64,000 bases of DNA, from NCBI RefSeq assembly GCF_056712565.1, contig NZ_CM160072.1. The stretch is one strand, 5' to 3'. Under the pieces are notes generated by a model. The model ran no database searches. It was not told where the DNA came from and saw only the letters and a program-made list of their open reading frames with translations. Shown here in pieces: positions 35,397-47,009 of the stretch (position 1 is the first letter of the stretch; each line of letters opens with the position of its first letter). A program made the position numbers and the translations under genes.

Positions 35397-36410
35397 ATGA
35401 CGCAGCCATTGGTCGGAAAACAGATTCTCATTGTTGAAGATGAGCAGGTATTTCGCTCGCTTCTGGATTCGTGGTTTTCCTCATTGGGAGCGACAACGGT
35501 ACTGGCGGCTGATGGGGTGGATGCCCTTGAGTTGCTGGGAGGTTTCACTCCAGACCTGATGATATGTGATATCGCGATGCCACGAATGAACGGGCTTAAA
35601 CTGCTGGAACATATACGCAACAGTGGTGACCAGACACCGGTTCTGGTGATATCTGCCACTGAAAATATGGCAGATATTGCCAAAGCGTTACGTCTGGGCG
35701 TTGAAGATGTTTTGCTGAAACCGGTTAAAGATCTGAATCGCTTGCGCGAGATGGTTTTTGCCTGTCTCTATCCCAGCATGTTTAATTCCCGCGTTGAGGA
35801 AGAGGAAAGGCTTTTTCGCGACTGGGATGCAATGGTTGATAACCCTGCTGCAGCGGCGAAATTATTACAGGAACTACAACCGCCAGTTCAGCAGGTGATT
35901 TCCCAATGCCGGGTTAATTATCGTCAATTAGTTGCCGCGGACAAACCCGGCCTGGTGCTTGATATTGCCGCACTTTCGGAAAACGATCTGGCATTTTATT
36001 GCCTTGATGTCACCCGAGCTGGACATAATGGCGTACTTGCTGCCTTGTTATTACGCGCATTGTTTAACGGATTATTACAGGAACAGCTTGCACACCAAAA
36101 TCAACGGTTGCCAGAGTTGGGCGCGTTATTGAAGCAGGTAAACCATTTACTCCGTCAGGCCAATCTGCCGGGGCAGTTTCCGCTATTAGTTGGCTATTAT
36201 CATCGCGAACTGAAAAATCTCATTCTGGTTTCTGCGGGTCTGAATGCGACGTTAAATACCGGCGAACATCAGGTGCAAATCAGTAATGGTGTTCCGTTAG
36301 GCACTTTAGGTAACGCTTATTTGAATCAATTGAGCCAGCGATGCGATGCCTGGCAATGCCAAATATGGGGAACCGGTGGTCGGCTGCGCTTGATGTTGTC
36401 TGCAGAATGA
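35397..36410 (+). CDS. rssB: RpoS-degradation adaptor response regulator RssB (SprE)
   Basis: 337-aa ORF with receiver domain (ILIVEDEQVFR ... DLMICDIAMP). Confidence 0.95.
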   Translation: MTQPLVGKQILIVEDEQVFRSLLDSWFSSLGATTVLAADGVDALELLGGFTPDLMICDIAMPRMNGLKLLEHIRNSGDQTPVLVISATENMADIAKALRLGVEDVLLKPVKDLNRLREMVFACLYPSMFNSRVEEEERLFRDWDAMVDNPAAAAKLLQELQPPVQQVISQCRVNYRQLVAADKPGLVLDIAALSENDLAFYCLDVTRAGHNGVLAALLLRALFNGLLQEQLAHQNQRLPELGALLKQVNHLLRQANLPGQFPLLVGYYHRELKNLILVSAGLNATLNTGEHQVQISNGVPLGTLGNAYLNQLSQRCDAWQCQIWGTGGRLRLMLSAE

Positions 36411-36611
36411 GCAAACGATAACACGGGCTAAATTTGCATTACCTGCTAATGTCGGCTGGTGGTACTATCGTCGCTATTCGTATAAGTAATTGTCTTAATT
36501 ATGCTAACTCGCCTCCTTTTCAGAACTTAGCCCCTTCGGGGTGCTGATATACTGGGATGCGATACAGAAATATGAACACGTTCAAAACACGAACAGTCCA
36601 GGAGAATTTAA

Positions 36612-37520
36612 ATGGCTGCCATTAATACGAAAGTCAAAAAAGCCGTTATCCCCGTAGCGGGATTAGGAACCAGGATGTTGCCGGCGACGAAAGCCATCCC
36701 GAAAGAGATGCTGCCACTTGTCGATAAGCCATTAATTCAATACGTCGTGAATGAATGTATTGCGGCTGGCATTACTGAAATTGTGCTGGTTACTCACTCA
36801 TCTAAAAACTCTATTGAAAACCACTTTGATACCAGTTTTGAACTGGAAGCAATGCTGGAAAAACGTGTAAAACGTCAACTGCTTGATGAAGTGCAGTCTA
36901 TTTGTCCGCCACACGTGACTATTATGCAAGTTCGTCAGGGGCTGGCGAAAGGCCTGGGACACGCGGTATTGTGTGCTCACCCGGTAGTGGGTGATGAACC
37001 GGTAGCTGTTATTTTGCCTGACGTTATTCTGGATGAATATGAATCCGATTTATCACAGGATAACCTGGCAGAGATGATCCGCCGCTTTGATGAAACGGGT
37101 CATAGCCAGATCATGGTTGAACCGGTTGCTGATGTGACCGCATATGGCGTTGTGGATTGCAAAGGCGTTGAATTAGCGCCGGGTGAAAGCGTACCGATGG
37201 TTGGCGTGGTTGAAAAACCAAAAGCGGATGTTGCGCCGTCTAATCTCGCTATTGTGGGTCGTTACGTACTTAGCGCGGATATTTGGCCGTTGCTGGCAAA
37301 AACCCCTCCTGGAGCTGGTGATGAAATTCAGCTCACTGACGCAATTGATATGCTGATCGAAAAAGAAACGGTTGAAGCCTATCATATGAAAGGGAAGAGC
37401 CATGACTGCGGTAATAAATTAGGTTACATGCAGGCCTTCGTTGAATACGGTATTCGTCATAACACCCTTGGCACGGAATTTAAAGCCTGGCTTGAAGAAG
37501 AGATGGGCATTAAGAAGTAA
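36612..37520 (+). CDS. galU: UTP-glucose-1-phosphate uridylyltransferase
   Basis: 302-aa [38 protein letters not shown]... Confidence 0.95.
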
Positions 37521-37544
37521 CATCCGTATCGGTGTTTTCCACGA

Positions 37545-37576
37545 AACGGCGTTGAGCAATCGACGCCGTTTTTTTA
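37545..37576 (+). terminator. galU Rho-independent terminator (aacggcgt...acgccgtt hairpin + TTTTTT)
   Basis: Hairpin + U-run 25 bp after galU stop. Confidence 0.7.
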
Positions 37577-37613
37577 TAGCTTATTCTTATTATATTGTCT
37601 TAAACCGGACAAT

Positions 37614-37641
37614 AAAAAATCCCGCCGATGGCGGGATTTTT
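37614..37641. terminator. Bidirectional terminator between galU and hns (cccgcc-gatg-gcggga hairpin flanked by A-run and T-run)
   Basis: aaaaaat-cccgccgatggcggga-ttttt read in sequence, directly 3' of the hns stop. Confidence 0.7.
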
Positions 37642-37663
37642 AGCATGTGCAATCTACAAAAGA

Positions 37664-38077
37664 TTATTGCTTGATCAGGAAATCGTCGAGGGATTTACCT
37701 TGCTCATCCATTGCTTTTTTGATTACAGCTGGAGTACGGCCCTGGCCAGTCCAGGTTTTAGTTTCGCCGTTTTCGTCAACGTAGCTATATTTTGCCGGAC
37801 GCTGAGCACGCTTAGCTTTGGTGCCAGATTTAACGGCAGCAAGGCTATTCAGCAGTTCGTTCGGGTCAATACCGTCAGCGATCAGCATTTCGCGATATTG
37901 CTGCAGTTTACGAGTGCGCTCTTCAACTTCAGCAGCAGCCGCGCTTTCTTCTTCGCGACGTTCGTTAACAACAACTTCTAATTTTTCCAGCATTTCTTCC
38001 AGCGTTTCAAGTGTACATTCTCTTGCCTGCGCACGAAGAGTACGGATGTTGTTCAGAATTTTAAGTGCTTCGCTCAT
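37664..38077 (-). CDS. hns: Nucleoid-associated protein H-NS
   Basis: 137-aa [44 protein letters not shown]..., canonical H-NS. Confidence 0.97.
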
Positions 38078-38680
38078 TGTAGTAATCTCAAACTTATATT
38101 GGGGTGGTTTGTTGAGGTAATAATAGAGCCTTAAATTCAGTTGTGCAATAGCCAGGAATGTAAGGAATTCAAAATTGTTCTTTATTTTGTGCCGCCAATA
38201 AATATCTTTTCATAAAATTAGCCAGAAAAGACGCGGCATATAGCCCTATTTGCACCGATGATTTCGCAGCACGTGAGGTTAAAACTTCCTGATTCATGTC
38301 ACATTTTATGGGGAGATAATCGTAGGCTGACGACCTTTCAGTCTTCTGTATTAGCCGTGTTTACGAGAATTCCCTATTAAGCGAATGATGAAAAGTAGAA
38401 CAGTCGCAATAAGAGCAGGGACTTAGTATTGCACTATCTCCTGGAGGTCAACAGAGGGCTATTACATGCGCAACAGGTTAAAGATTGTGAATAGTTACCG
38501 GCAGTCATTTACCCGCTTATAACAAGCGAGGCAGTTGTAATGATAGCTCAGAAGGATTATGCAAGGCTTCGTAAGGGAGAACGCATATACCACTTCTGTG
38601 CATACTGTTGAGCTGAAAAACTGACGAATTATGATAAACTCCAGCCAACTTTATTTCATATCATTGAGGGCCTGTGGCTG

Positions 38681-39298
38681 ATGGCACAGCTATATTTCTA
38701 CTATTCCGCAATGAATGCGGGTAAGTCTACAGCATTGTTGCAATCTTCATACAATTACCAGGAACGCGGCATGCGCACTGTCGTATATACGGCAGAAATT
38801 GATGATCGCTTTGGTGCCGGGAAAGTCAGTTCGCGTATAGGTTTGTCATCACCTGCAAAATTATTTAACCAAAATTCATCATTATTTGATGAGATTCGTG
38901 CGGAACATGAACAGCAGGCAATTCATTGCGTACTGGTTGATGAATGCCAGTTTTTAACCAGACAACAAGTATATGAATTATCGGAGGTTGTCGATCAACT
39001 CGATATACCCGTACTTTGTTATGGTTTACGTACCGATTTTCGAGGTGAATTATTTATTGGCAGTCAATACTTACTGGCATGGTCCGACAAACTGGTTGAA
39101 TTAAAAACCATCTGTTTTTGTGGCCGTAAAGCAAGCATGGTGCTGCGTCTTGATCAAGCAGGCAGACCTTATAACGAAGGTGAGCAGGTGGTTATTGGTG
39201 GTAATGAACGCTACGTTTCTGTATGCCGTAAACACTATAAAGAAGCGTTAGAAGTCGGCTCATTAACGGCTATTCAGGAAAGGCATCGCCACGATTAA
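38681..39298 (+). CDS. tdk: Thymidine kinase
   Basis: 205-aa [33 protein letters not shown]... Confidence 0.95.
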
Positions 39299-39424
39299 TA
39301 AGAATTTCTTTACTGACAGGGTGAGCAGGGCGCTTTTATCCTGTCAGTTCGTTTTACGCACTTCTTCCGGGCTATACACCCTTCTCGGCAGTTTTTTAAC
39401 GCCGCTATACGCCTCACAGAGCGC

Positions 39425-40630
39425 TTATACACCGACATTGACTTGTAACCTGTAAAGTACAATATCGCTGTGTGTAGGCGTTATACATCGTCGCAAATAT
39501 GATGAAGGACAATGCTGCCGGTTTATGGAAAAGTTGTTTTGGGAAAACAAAAAACGGCCCCAGAAGGGGTAATGCCAGTCAGTTAAGCAACTGACTGGCT
39601 CTTTTTCGGGGCTGTGGGGTATTTCCAGGGCCTCTCCTTTACCACTCTCGGGAAGGCCCTTTCCCTTCTTGTCGGTAATTTCACTGGTTGTCCCATACTT
39701 GCAAGATCGCGCATCAGCTCCGGTATACGTCCCGGTGAAGCGTATGGCGTCCGTCATCGACGTCAGCAGATGGCAGACTTTTCCTTTGCGCGTCACGGTC
39801 AGCAGGCGGGCTGTCACCTCATTTCCCAGTCCCGGCCACTTTTTTCGTGCCTGCGGGCTGATGTTCAGCTTCACCAGATGATCGCCTTTACCCAGTTTTC
39901 TGATCTCTTCATATTGCGCTCCCTTTCTGAGAGGGATCATCCAGTGGCGGTGTTCTCCCGCCAGGCTCCAGGCATTTAACAGTCCTGGTGAGTAATAACC
40001 TTTATCCATTAACGTCAGAGTGTTATCGCCGGTTTGTTCTATAAGTTGCTCAGCAAGCTCATTTTCGCTGTTCTTCATCGTGCCGAAGGCTGCAGTCGTC
40101 AGCAGATGGCTGGTCAGTTCCATCTGGCAGACCATTTTGACCTGCGGGTAGAGCGCCGGGTTCCCGGCATGTGTCTGGCGGGGGAAGGCTGCATCGTTCT
40201 CTGGTGTATCCGGTGTGCGCCAGAACACACCATCGATGGCCAGCAGGGTCAGGCCGCACCAGTGCGGATGCGGCGTGGCGTTATGCCAGAGCTGCGCTGT
40301 TTTCGTGAACACGCGGCGGACAGCCTCAATTCCCAGACGCTGGCGGGTCTGAATAACGGCACTGGGGGCAACGAAGGGGCGATTGCCCGGCAGCATGATG
40401 TCCAGGCGATTCACAATCTGGTGAAGAGGTTCTTTACGCTCAAGCGCCATGCCAACAATACACCAGACCATCATTTCGAGGGGAAGACGGCGCTTGCGTA
40501 GCGTTACAGTACCTGATTCGGCAAGGCAACGAGAGATGAGTTTGGGGGCGAGGTAATCCCCCAGAGAAGTCAGTGGGTTACGCAGAGAATCGTAACGGGA
40601 TACCAAATCAAGGGCCTGCCCAATGAGCAT
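39425..40630 (-). pseudogene. insZ: IS4 transposase, disrupted: N-terminal about 300 residues look intact, C-terminal part is out of frame and reads through the left IR
   Basis: 401-aa [29 protein letters not shown]... resembles IS4 transposase as I recall it; the reading frame does not stop inside the element (ends 130 bp beyond the IR), indicating deletion/frameshift; K-12 carries an insZ pseudogene at this tdk-adhE position. Confidence 0.6.
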
Positions 40631-40729
40631 ACAAAAATCCGGAAACGAGTGAGCGTTTCCGGATTCTTACACAGCCACTGGATCGGTCAACTGATCCTTA
40701 ACTGACTGGCATTACCCCAGAAGGGGCCG
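39555..40729 (-). mobile_element. IS4-derived element, internally deleted (about 1.18 kb versus about 1.43 kb for intact IS4)
   Basis: 31-bp terminal inverted repeats cggcccc(agaa/ttct)ggggtaatgccagtcagtta at 39555-39585 and 40699-40729 flank an IS4-type transposase ORF. Confidence 0.65.
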
Positions 40730-40755
40730 TTTATGTTGCCAGACAGCGCTACTGA

Positions 40756-43431
40756 TTAAGCGGATTTTTTCGCTTTTTTCTCAGCTTTAGCCGGAGCGGC
40801 TTCTTTCTTCGCTGCAGTTTCGCCTTCTACATAATCACGACCGTAGTAAGTATCCAGCAGAATCTGTTTCAGCTCGGAGATCAGCGGGTAACGCGGGTTA
40901 GCGCCGGTGCACTGGTCATCGAATGCATCTTCAGACAGTTTATCCACGTTCGCCAGGAAGTCTGCTTCCTGAACGCCAGCTTCACGGATAGATTTCGGAA
41001 TACCCAGTTCAGCTTTCAGCGTTTCCAGCCATGCCAGCAGTTTCTCGATCTTAGCTGCAGTACGGTCGCCCGGTGCGCTCAGACCCAGGTGGTCGGCAAT
41101 TTCAGCATAACGACGGCGAGCCTGCGGACGGTCATACTGGCTGAATGCAGTCTGCTTGGTCGGGTTGTCATTCGCGTTGTAGCGAATAACGTTACAAATC
41201 AGCAGGGCGTTTGCCAGACCGTGCGGAATATGGAACTGGGAACCCAGTTTGTGCGCCATTGAGTGACATACACCCAGGAAGGCGTTCGCAAACGCGATAC
41301 CCGCGATAGTCGCTGCACTGTGAACACGTTCACGCGCTACCGGATTTTTAGACCCTTCGTGGTAGGACGCTGGCAGATATTCTTTCAGTAGTTTCAGTGC
41401 CTGCAGAGCCTGACCATCAGAGAACTCAGATGCCAGTACAGAAACATAAGCTTCCATGGCGTGAGTTACTGCGTCCAGACCACCGAAAGCACACAGGGAC
41501 TTCGGCATGTCCATAACAAGGTTGGCGTCGACAATCGCCATATCCGGGGTCAGTGCATAGTCTGCCAGCGGATATTTCTGACCAGTAGTGTCGTCAGTTA
41601 CAACCGCAAACGGAGTGACTTCAGAACCTGTACCAGAAGTGGTGGTGACAGCGATCATTTTCGCTTTCACACCCATTTTCGGGAACTTGTAGATACGTTT
41701 ACGGATATCCATAAAGCGCAGCGCCAGTTCTTCGAAGTGAGTTTCCGGATGTTCGTACATAACCCACATGATCTTCGCAGCGTCCATCGGGGAACCACCA
41801 CCCAGCGCGATAATCACGTCTGGTTTGAAGGAGTTTGCCAGTTCTGCACCTTTACGAACGATGCTCAGGGTCGGGTCAGCTTCTACTTCGAAGAAGACTT
41901 CAGTTTCAACGCCTGCTGCTTTCAATACGGAAGTGATCTGATCAGCATAGCCATTGTTGAACAGGAAGCGGTCAGTCACGATGAGCGCACGTTTGTGGCC
42001 ATCAGTAATCACTTCATCCAGCGCGATTGGCAGGGAGCCACGGCGGAAGTAGATAGATTTCGGAAGTTTGTGCCACAACATGTTTTCAGCTCGCTTAGCA
42101 ACGGTTTTCTTGTTGATCAGGTGTTTCGGACCAACGTTTTCAGAGATGGAGTTACCACCCCAGGAACCACAACCCAGAGTCAGGGAAGGTGCGAGTTTGA
42201 AGTTATACAGGTCACCGATACCACCCTGAGAAGCCGGGGTGTTAATCAGGATACGAGCCGTTTTCATTTTCTGACCGAAGTAAGAAACGCGAGCCGGTTG
42301 GTTATCCTGGTCAGTGTACAGGCAAGAGGTATGACCGATACCGCCCATAGCAACCAGTTTCTCTGCTTTTTCTACCGCGTCTTCGAAATCTTTAGCACGG
42401 TACATTGCCAGAGTCGGGGACAGTTTTTCATGTGCGAACGGTTCGCTTTCATCAACAACGGTCACTTCACCGATCAGAATCTTGGTGTTTTCTGGTACAG
42501 AGAAGCCTGCCAGTTCAGCAATTTTATAGGCTGGCTGACCAACGATAGCCGCGTTCAGCGCACCGTTTTTCAGGATAACGTCCTGAACAGCTTTCAGCTC
42601 TTTACCCTGCAACAGATAGCCGCCGTGGGTTGCGAAACGTTCACGTACTGCGTCATAAACAGAGTCAACAACAACAACAGACTGTTCAGAAGCACAGATT
42701 ACACCGTTGTCGAAGGTTTTGGACATCAGTACAGATGCAACTGCACGTTTGATATCAGCAGTTTCATCGATAACAACCGGAGTGTTGCCCGCGCCTACGC
42801 CGATAGCTGGTTTACCGGAGCTGTATGCGGCTTTAACCATGCCCGGACCACCAGTCGCGAGGATCAGGTTGATGTCTGGGTGGTGCATCAGTGCGTTAGA
42901 CAGCTCAACAGAAGGTTGATCGATCCAGCCGATCAGATCTTTCGGAGCACCGGCAGCGATAGCAGCCTGTAGAACGATATCAGCCGCTTTGTTGGTTGCA
43001 TCTTTTGCACGCGGGTGCGGGGAGAAGATAATGGCGTTACGGGTCTTCAGGCTGATCAGCGATTTGAAGATAGCAGTTGAAGTCGGGTTAGTGGTCGGAA
43101 CGATACCGCAAATAATACCGATGGGTTCAGCGATAGTGATGGTACCAAAAGTGTCGTCTTCAGACAGAACACCACAGGTTTTTTCATCTTTATAGGCGTT
43201 GTAAATATATTCAGAAGCAAAGTGGTTTTTGATCACTTTATCTTCGACGATACCCATGCCGGATTCGGCAACGGCCATTTTCGCGAGTGGGATTCGAGCA
43301 TCTGCAGCAGCCAGAGCGGCGGCGCGGAAGATTTTGTCTACTTGCTCTTGAGTGAAACTGGCATATTCACGCTGGGCTTTTTTTACACGCTCTACGAGTG
43401 CGTTAAGTTCAGCGACATTAGTAACAGCCAT
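40756..43431 (-). CDS. adhE: Bifunctional acetaldehyde-CoA/alcohol dehydrogenase AdhE
   Basis: 891-aa [36 protein letters not shown]... Confidence 0.97.
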   Translation of the reverse strand: MAVTNVAELNALVERVKKAQREYASFTQEQVDKIFRAAALAAADARIPLAKMAVAESGMGIVEDKVIKNHFASEYIYNAYKDEKTCGVLSEDDTFGTITIAEPIGIICGIVPTTNPTSTAIFKSLISLKTRNAIIFSPHPRAKDATNKAADIVLQAAIAAGAPKDLIGWIDQPSVELSNALMHHPDINLILATGGPGMVKAAYSSGKPAIGVGAGNTPVVIDETADIKRAVASVLMSKTFDNGVICASEQSVVVVDSVYDAVRERFATHGGYLLQGKELKAVQDVILKNGALNAAIVGQPAYKIAELAGFSVPENTKILIGEVTVVDESEPFAHEKLSPTLAMYRAKDFEDAVEKAEKLVAMGGIGHTSCLYTDQDNQPARVSYFGQKMKTARILINTPASQGGIGDLYNFKLAPSLTLGCGSWGGNSISENVGPKHLINKKTVAKRAENMLWHKLPKSIYFRRGSLPIALDEVITDGHKRALIVTDRFLFNNGYADQITSVLKAAGVETEVFFEVEADPTLSIVRKGAELANSFKPDVIIALGGGSPMDAAKIMWVMYEHPETHFEELALRFMDIRKRIYKFPKMGVKAKMIAVTTTSGTGSEVTPFAVVTDDTTGQKYPLADYALTPDMAIVDANLVMDMPKSLCAFGGLDAVTHAMEAYVSVLASEFSDGQALQALKLLKEYLPASYHEGSKNPVARERVHSAATIAGIAFANAFLGVCHSMAHKLGSQFHIPHGLANALLICNVIRYNANDNPTKQTAFSQYDRPQARRRYAEIADHLGLSAPGDRTAAKIEKLLAWLETLKAELGIPKSIREAGVQEADFLANVDKLSEDAFDDQCTGANPRYPLISELKQILLDTYYGRDYVEGETAAKKEAAPAKAEKKAKKSA

Positions 43432-43907
43432 AATGCTCTCCTGATAATGTTAAACTTTTTTAGTAAATCATCTGCTCGAATACGAGAGTATAGTCAGTGC
43501 GGTGATGATTTGCTTAACCGATGGAAATCAAAAGCTTACTCGCGCTCACACTCACTGTGATTTACTAAAAGAGTTTAAACATTAGAGTTATTATCTCTAA
43601 TGCGTCACTTCCAGGTGGCGTAAGCAAGATTACTCACTTCTGGGTACTGATTACGTGATCCAAATCAAAATTTTGCAAAGCTGACACCTTTCAGCATGGC
43701 TTTTCGCCATTATAGCTAACAGTTAATAAATTGTAGTATGATTTGTTGGCTACATTAGCATGTTTTGCACAACTAGGTAACAATAACGAATGATAGCAAT
43801 TTTAAGTAGTTAGGAGGTGAAAAATGCTGTCAAAAGGCGTATTGTCAGCGCGTCTTTTCAACCTTATTTATGGCTAACATTATCCGGCTTTTGCTTCGGA
43901 GCTAACC

Positions 43908-44555
43908 GTGATTCAGACCCTTTTTGATTTTCCCGTTTACTTCAAATTTTTCATCGGGTTATTTGCGCTGGTCAACCCGGTAGGGATTATTCCCGTCTTT
44001 ATCAGCATGACCAGTTATCAGACAGCGGCAGCGCGAAACAAAACTAACCTTACAGCCAACCTGTCTGTGGCCATTATCTTGTGGATCTCGCTTTTTCTCG
44101 GCGACACGATTCTACAACTTTTTGGTATATCAATTGATTCATTCCGTATCGCCGGTGGCATCCTGGTGGTGACAATAGCGATGTCGATGATCAGCGGCAA
44201 GCTTGGTGAGGATAAACAGAACAAGCAAGAAAAATCAGAAACCGCGGTACGTGAAAGCATTGGTGTGGTGCCATTGGCGTTGCCGTTGATGGCGGGGCCA
44301 GGGGCGATCAGTTCTACCATCGTCTGGGGTACGCGTTATCACAGCATTAGCTATCTGTTTGGTTTCTTTGTGGCTATTGCATTGTTCGCTTTATGTTGCT
44401 GGGGATTGTTCCGCATGGCACCGTGGCTGGTACGAGTTTTACGCCAGACCGGCATCAACGTGATTACGCGTATTATGGGGCTATTGCTGATGGCGTTGGG
44501 GATTGAATTTATCGTTACTGGTATTAAGGGGATTTTCCCCGGCCTGCTTAATTAA
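43908..44555 (+). CDS. ychE: MarC-family inner membrane protein YchE
   Basis: 215-aa polytopic membrane ORF. Confidence 0.88.
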   Translation: MIQTLFDFPVYFKFFIGLFALVNPVGIIPVFISMTSYQTAAARNKTNLTANLSVAIILWISLFLGDTILQLFGISIDSFRIAGGILVVTIAMSMISGKLGEDKQNKQEKSETAVRESIGVVPLALPLMAGPGAISSTIVWGTRYHSISYLFGFFVAIALFALCCWGLFRMAPWLVRVLRQTGINVITRIMGLLLMALGIEFIVTGIKGIFPGLLN

Positions 44556-45292
44556 TTCCTTTCAAATGAAACGGAGCTGCCATGCTCCGTTTACTTCGTC
44601 ATTATTTTTACTTTGTTCCTGCGCAGTTATCAAAAGCAAAAGGAATAGGTAAAAATATTCTTCTCAAATTACAGTTAGTTATAGGGATTTCCTTAACTGC
44701 TTCTCCTCACCATCATGTTATTTTCGCCACATCATAATCCTGGGCTTGCTGAAGAATAATTGAAATGATATTAGTAATTCCACTGCCTTTGGTAGAGGAA
44801 AGTGCTAAATAATAATCAATTGTTAAATTATTGTGCATTTCACTACTGGAACTGTAATCAGAAAAGAGAGACATGCTTAACCAACCTCTATTTGATTGAA
44901 TTGAAAGATGTTTGTTAAGGCATGGATGCAAGCTATAGATTCTGATACGGTCAATAAAAGAGAATTGCTTAACAATTTTGCAAAATGTATTGGCGAGTAA
45001 GAACCGCATTTGGTACTTTCCGGGCAACCGCCAGGCGATTCTTTATTGGTAATGAGAATAATTAACAATTAAAGATCGTCGCGAAAGAATAATGTGTCTC
45101 GACAGGGGAGACACAGTACGAATCGACATAAGGTGATCGTCTGAATCACCAGAATAAATAAAGTCGGTGATAGTAATACGTAACGATAAAGTAACCTGAC
45201 AGCAGAAAGTCTCCGAGCCTGTGCAGGGTCCCAATCCGGGATTACACATGCTGGTTAATACCAGTAATTATAATGAGGGAGTCCAAAAAACA

Positions 45293-46924
45293 ATGACCAA
45301 CATCACCAAGAGAAGTTTAGTAGCAGCTGGCGTTTTGGCTGCGCTTATGGCAGGGAATGTCGCGCTGGCAGCTGATGTACCCGCAGGTGTCACACTGGCG
45401 GAAAAACAAACGCTGGTACGTAACAATGGTTCAGAAGTTCAGTCATTAGATCCGCACAAAATTGAAGGTGTTCCGGAGTCTAATATCAGCCGAGACCTGT
45501 TTGAAGGCTTACTGGTCAGCGATCTTGACGGTCATCCGGCACCTGGCGTCGCTGAATCATGGGATAATAAAGACGCGAAAGTCTGGACCTTCCATTTGCG
45601 TAAAGATGCGAAATGGTCTGATGGCACGCCAGTTACAGCACAAGACTTTGTGTATAGCTGGCAACGTTCTGTTGATCCAAACACTGCTTCTCCGTATGCC
45701 AGTTATCTGCAATATGGGCATATCGCCGGTATTGATGAAATTCTTGAAGGGAAAAAACCGATTACCGATCTCGGCGTGAAAGCTATTGATGATCACACAT
45801 TAGAAGTCACCTTAAGTGAACCTGTTCCGTACTTCTATAAATTACTTGTTCACCCATCAACTTCACCGGTGCCAAAAGCCGCTATCGAGAAATTCGGCGA
45901 AAAATGGACCCAGCCTGGTAATATCGTCACCAACGGTGCCTATACCTTAAAAGATTGGGTCGTAAACGAACGAATCGTTCTTGAACGCAGCCCGACCTAC
46001 TGGAACAACGCGAAAACCGTTATTAACCAGGTAACCTATTTGCCTATTGCTTCTGAAGTTACCGATGTCAACCGCTACCGTAGTGGTGAAATCGACATGA
46101 CTTATAACAACATGCCGATCGAATTGTTCCAGAAGCTGAAAAAAGAGATCCCGGACGAAGTTCACGTTGATCCATACCTGTGCACTTACTATTACGAAAT
46201 TAACAACCAGAAACCGCCATTTAATGACGTGCGTGTGCGTACCGCACTGAAATTGGGTATGGACCGCGATATCATTGTTAATAAAGTGAAAGCGCAGGGC
46301 GACATGCCCGCCTATGGTTACACTCCACCATATACTGATGGCGCAAAATTGACTCAGCCGGAATGGTTTGGCTGGAGCCAGGAAAAACGTAACGAAGAAG
46401 CGAAAAAACTGCTGGCTGAAGCGGGTTATACCGCAGACAAACCGTTGACCATCAACCTGTTGTATAACACCTCCGATCTGCATAAAAAGCTGGCGATTGC
46501 TGCCTCTTCATTGTGGAAGAAAAACATTGGTGTAAACGTCAAACTGGTTAACCAGGAGTGGAAAACGTTCCTCGACACCCGTCACCAGGGCACTTTTGAT
46601 GTGGCCCGTGCAGGCTGGTGTGCAGACTACAACGAACCAACTTCCTTCCTGAACACCATGCTGTCGAACAGCTCAATGAATACCGCGCATTATAAGAGCC
46701 CGGCCTTTGACAGCATTATGGCGGAAACGCTGAAAGTGACTGACGAGGCGCAGCGTACAGCTCTGTACACTAAAGCAGAACAACAGCTGGATAAGGATTC
46801 GGCCATTGTTCCTGTTTATTACTACGTGAATGCGCGTTTGGTGAAACCGTGGGTTGGTGGCTATACCGGCAAAGATCCGCTGGATAATACCTACACCCGG
46901 AATATGTACATTGTGAAGCACTAA
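45293..46924 (+). CDS. oppA: Periplasmic oligopeptide-binding protein OppA
   Basis: ORF 45221..46924; start placed at ATG 45293 (MTNITKRSLVAAGVLAALMAGNVALA signal), 543 aa. Confidence 0.95.
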   Translation: MTNITKRSLVAAGVLAALMAGNVALAADVPAGVTLAEKQTLVRNNGSEVQSLDPHKIEGVPESNISRDLFEGLLVSDLDGHPAPGVAESWDNKDAKVWTFHLRKDAKWSDGTPVTAQDFVYSWQRSVDPNTASPYASYLQYGHIAGIDEILEGKKPITDLGVKAIDDHTLEVTLSEPVPYFYKLLVHPSTSPVPKAAIEKFGEKWTQPGNIVTNGAYTLKDWVVNERIVLERSPTYWNNAKTVINQVTYLPIASEVTDVNRYRSGEIDMTYNNMPIELFQKLKKEIPDEVHVDPYLCTYYYEINNQKPPFNDVRVRTALKLGMDRDIIVNKVKAQGDMPAYGYTPPYTDGAKLTQPEWFGWSQEKRNEEAKKLLAEAGYTADKPLTINLLYNTSDLHKKLAIAASSLWKKNIGVNVKLVNQEWKTFLDTRHQGTFDVARAGWCADYNEPTSFLNTMLSNSSMNTAHYKSPAFDSIMAETLKVTDEAQRTALYTKAEQQLDKDSAIVPVYYYVNARLVKPWVGGYTGKDPLDNTYTRNMYIVKH

Positions 46925-47009
46925 TGGCAATACGTGGGGCAGGAGTGTCCTGCTCCACGGTGTCTGATTTTTATCGCATTACAGAAGGCACAGGCCAGAA
47001 GGTAGGGCA

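Noticed and set aside
41461-42972. 503-aa plus-strand ORF antisense to adhE
   Set aside because: Embedded in adhE on the opposite strand; composition typical of a spurious antisense frame.
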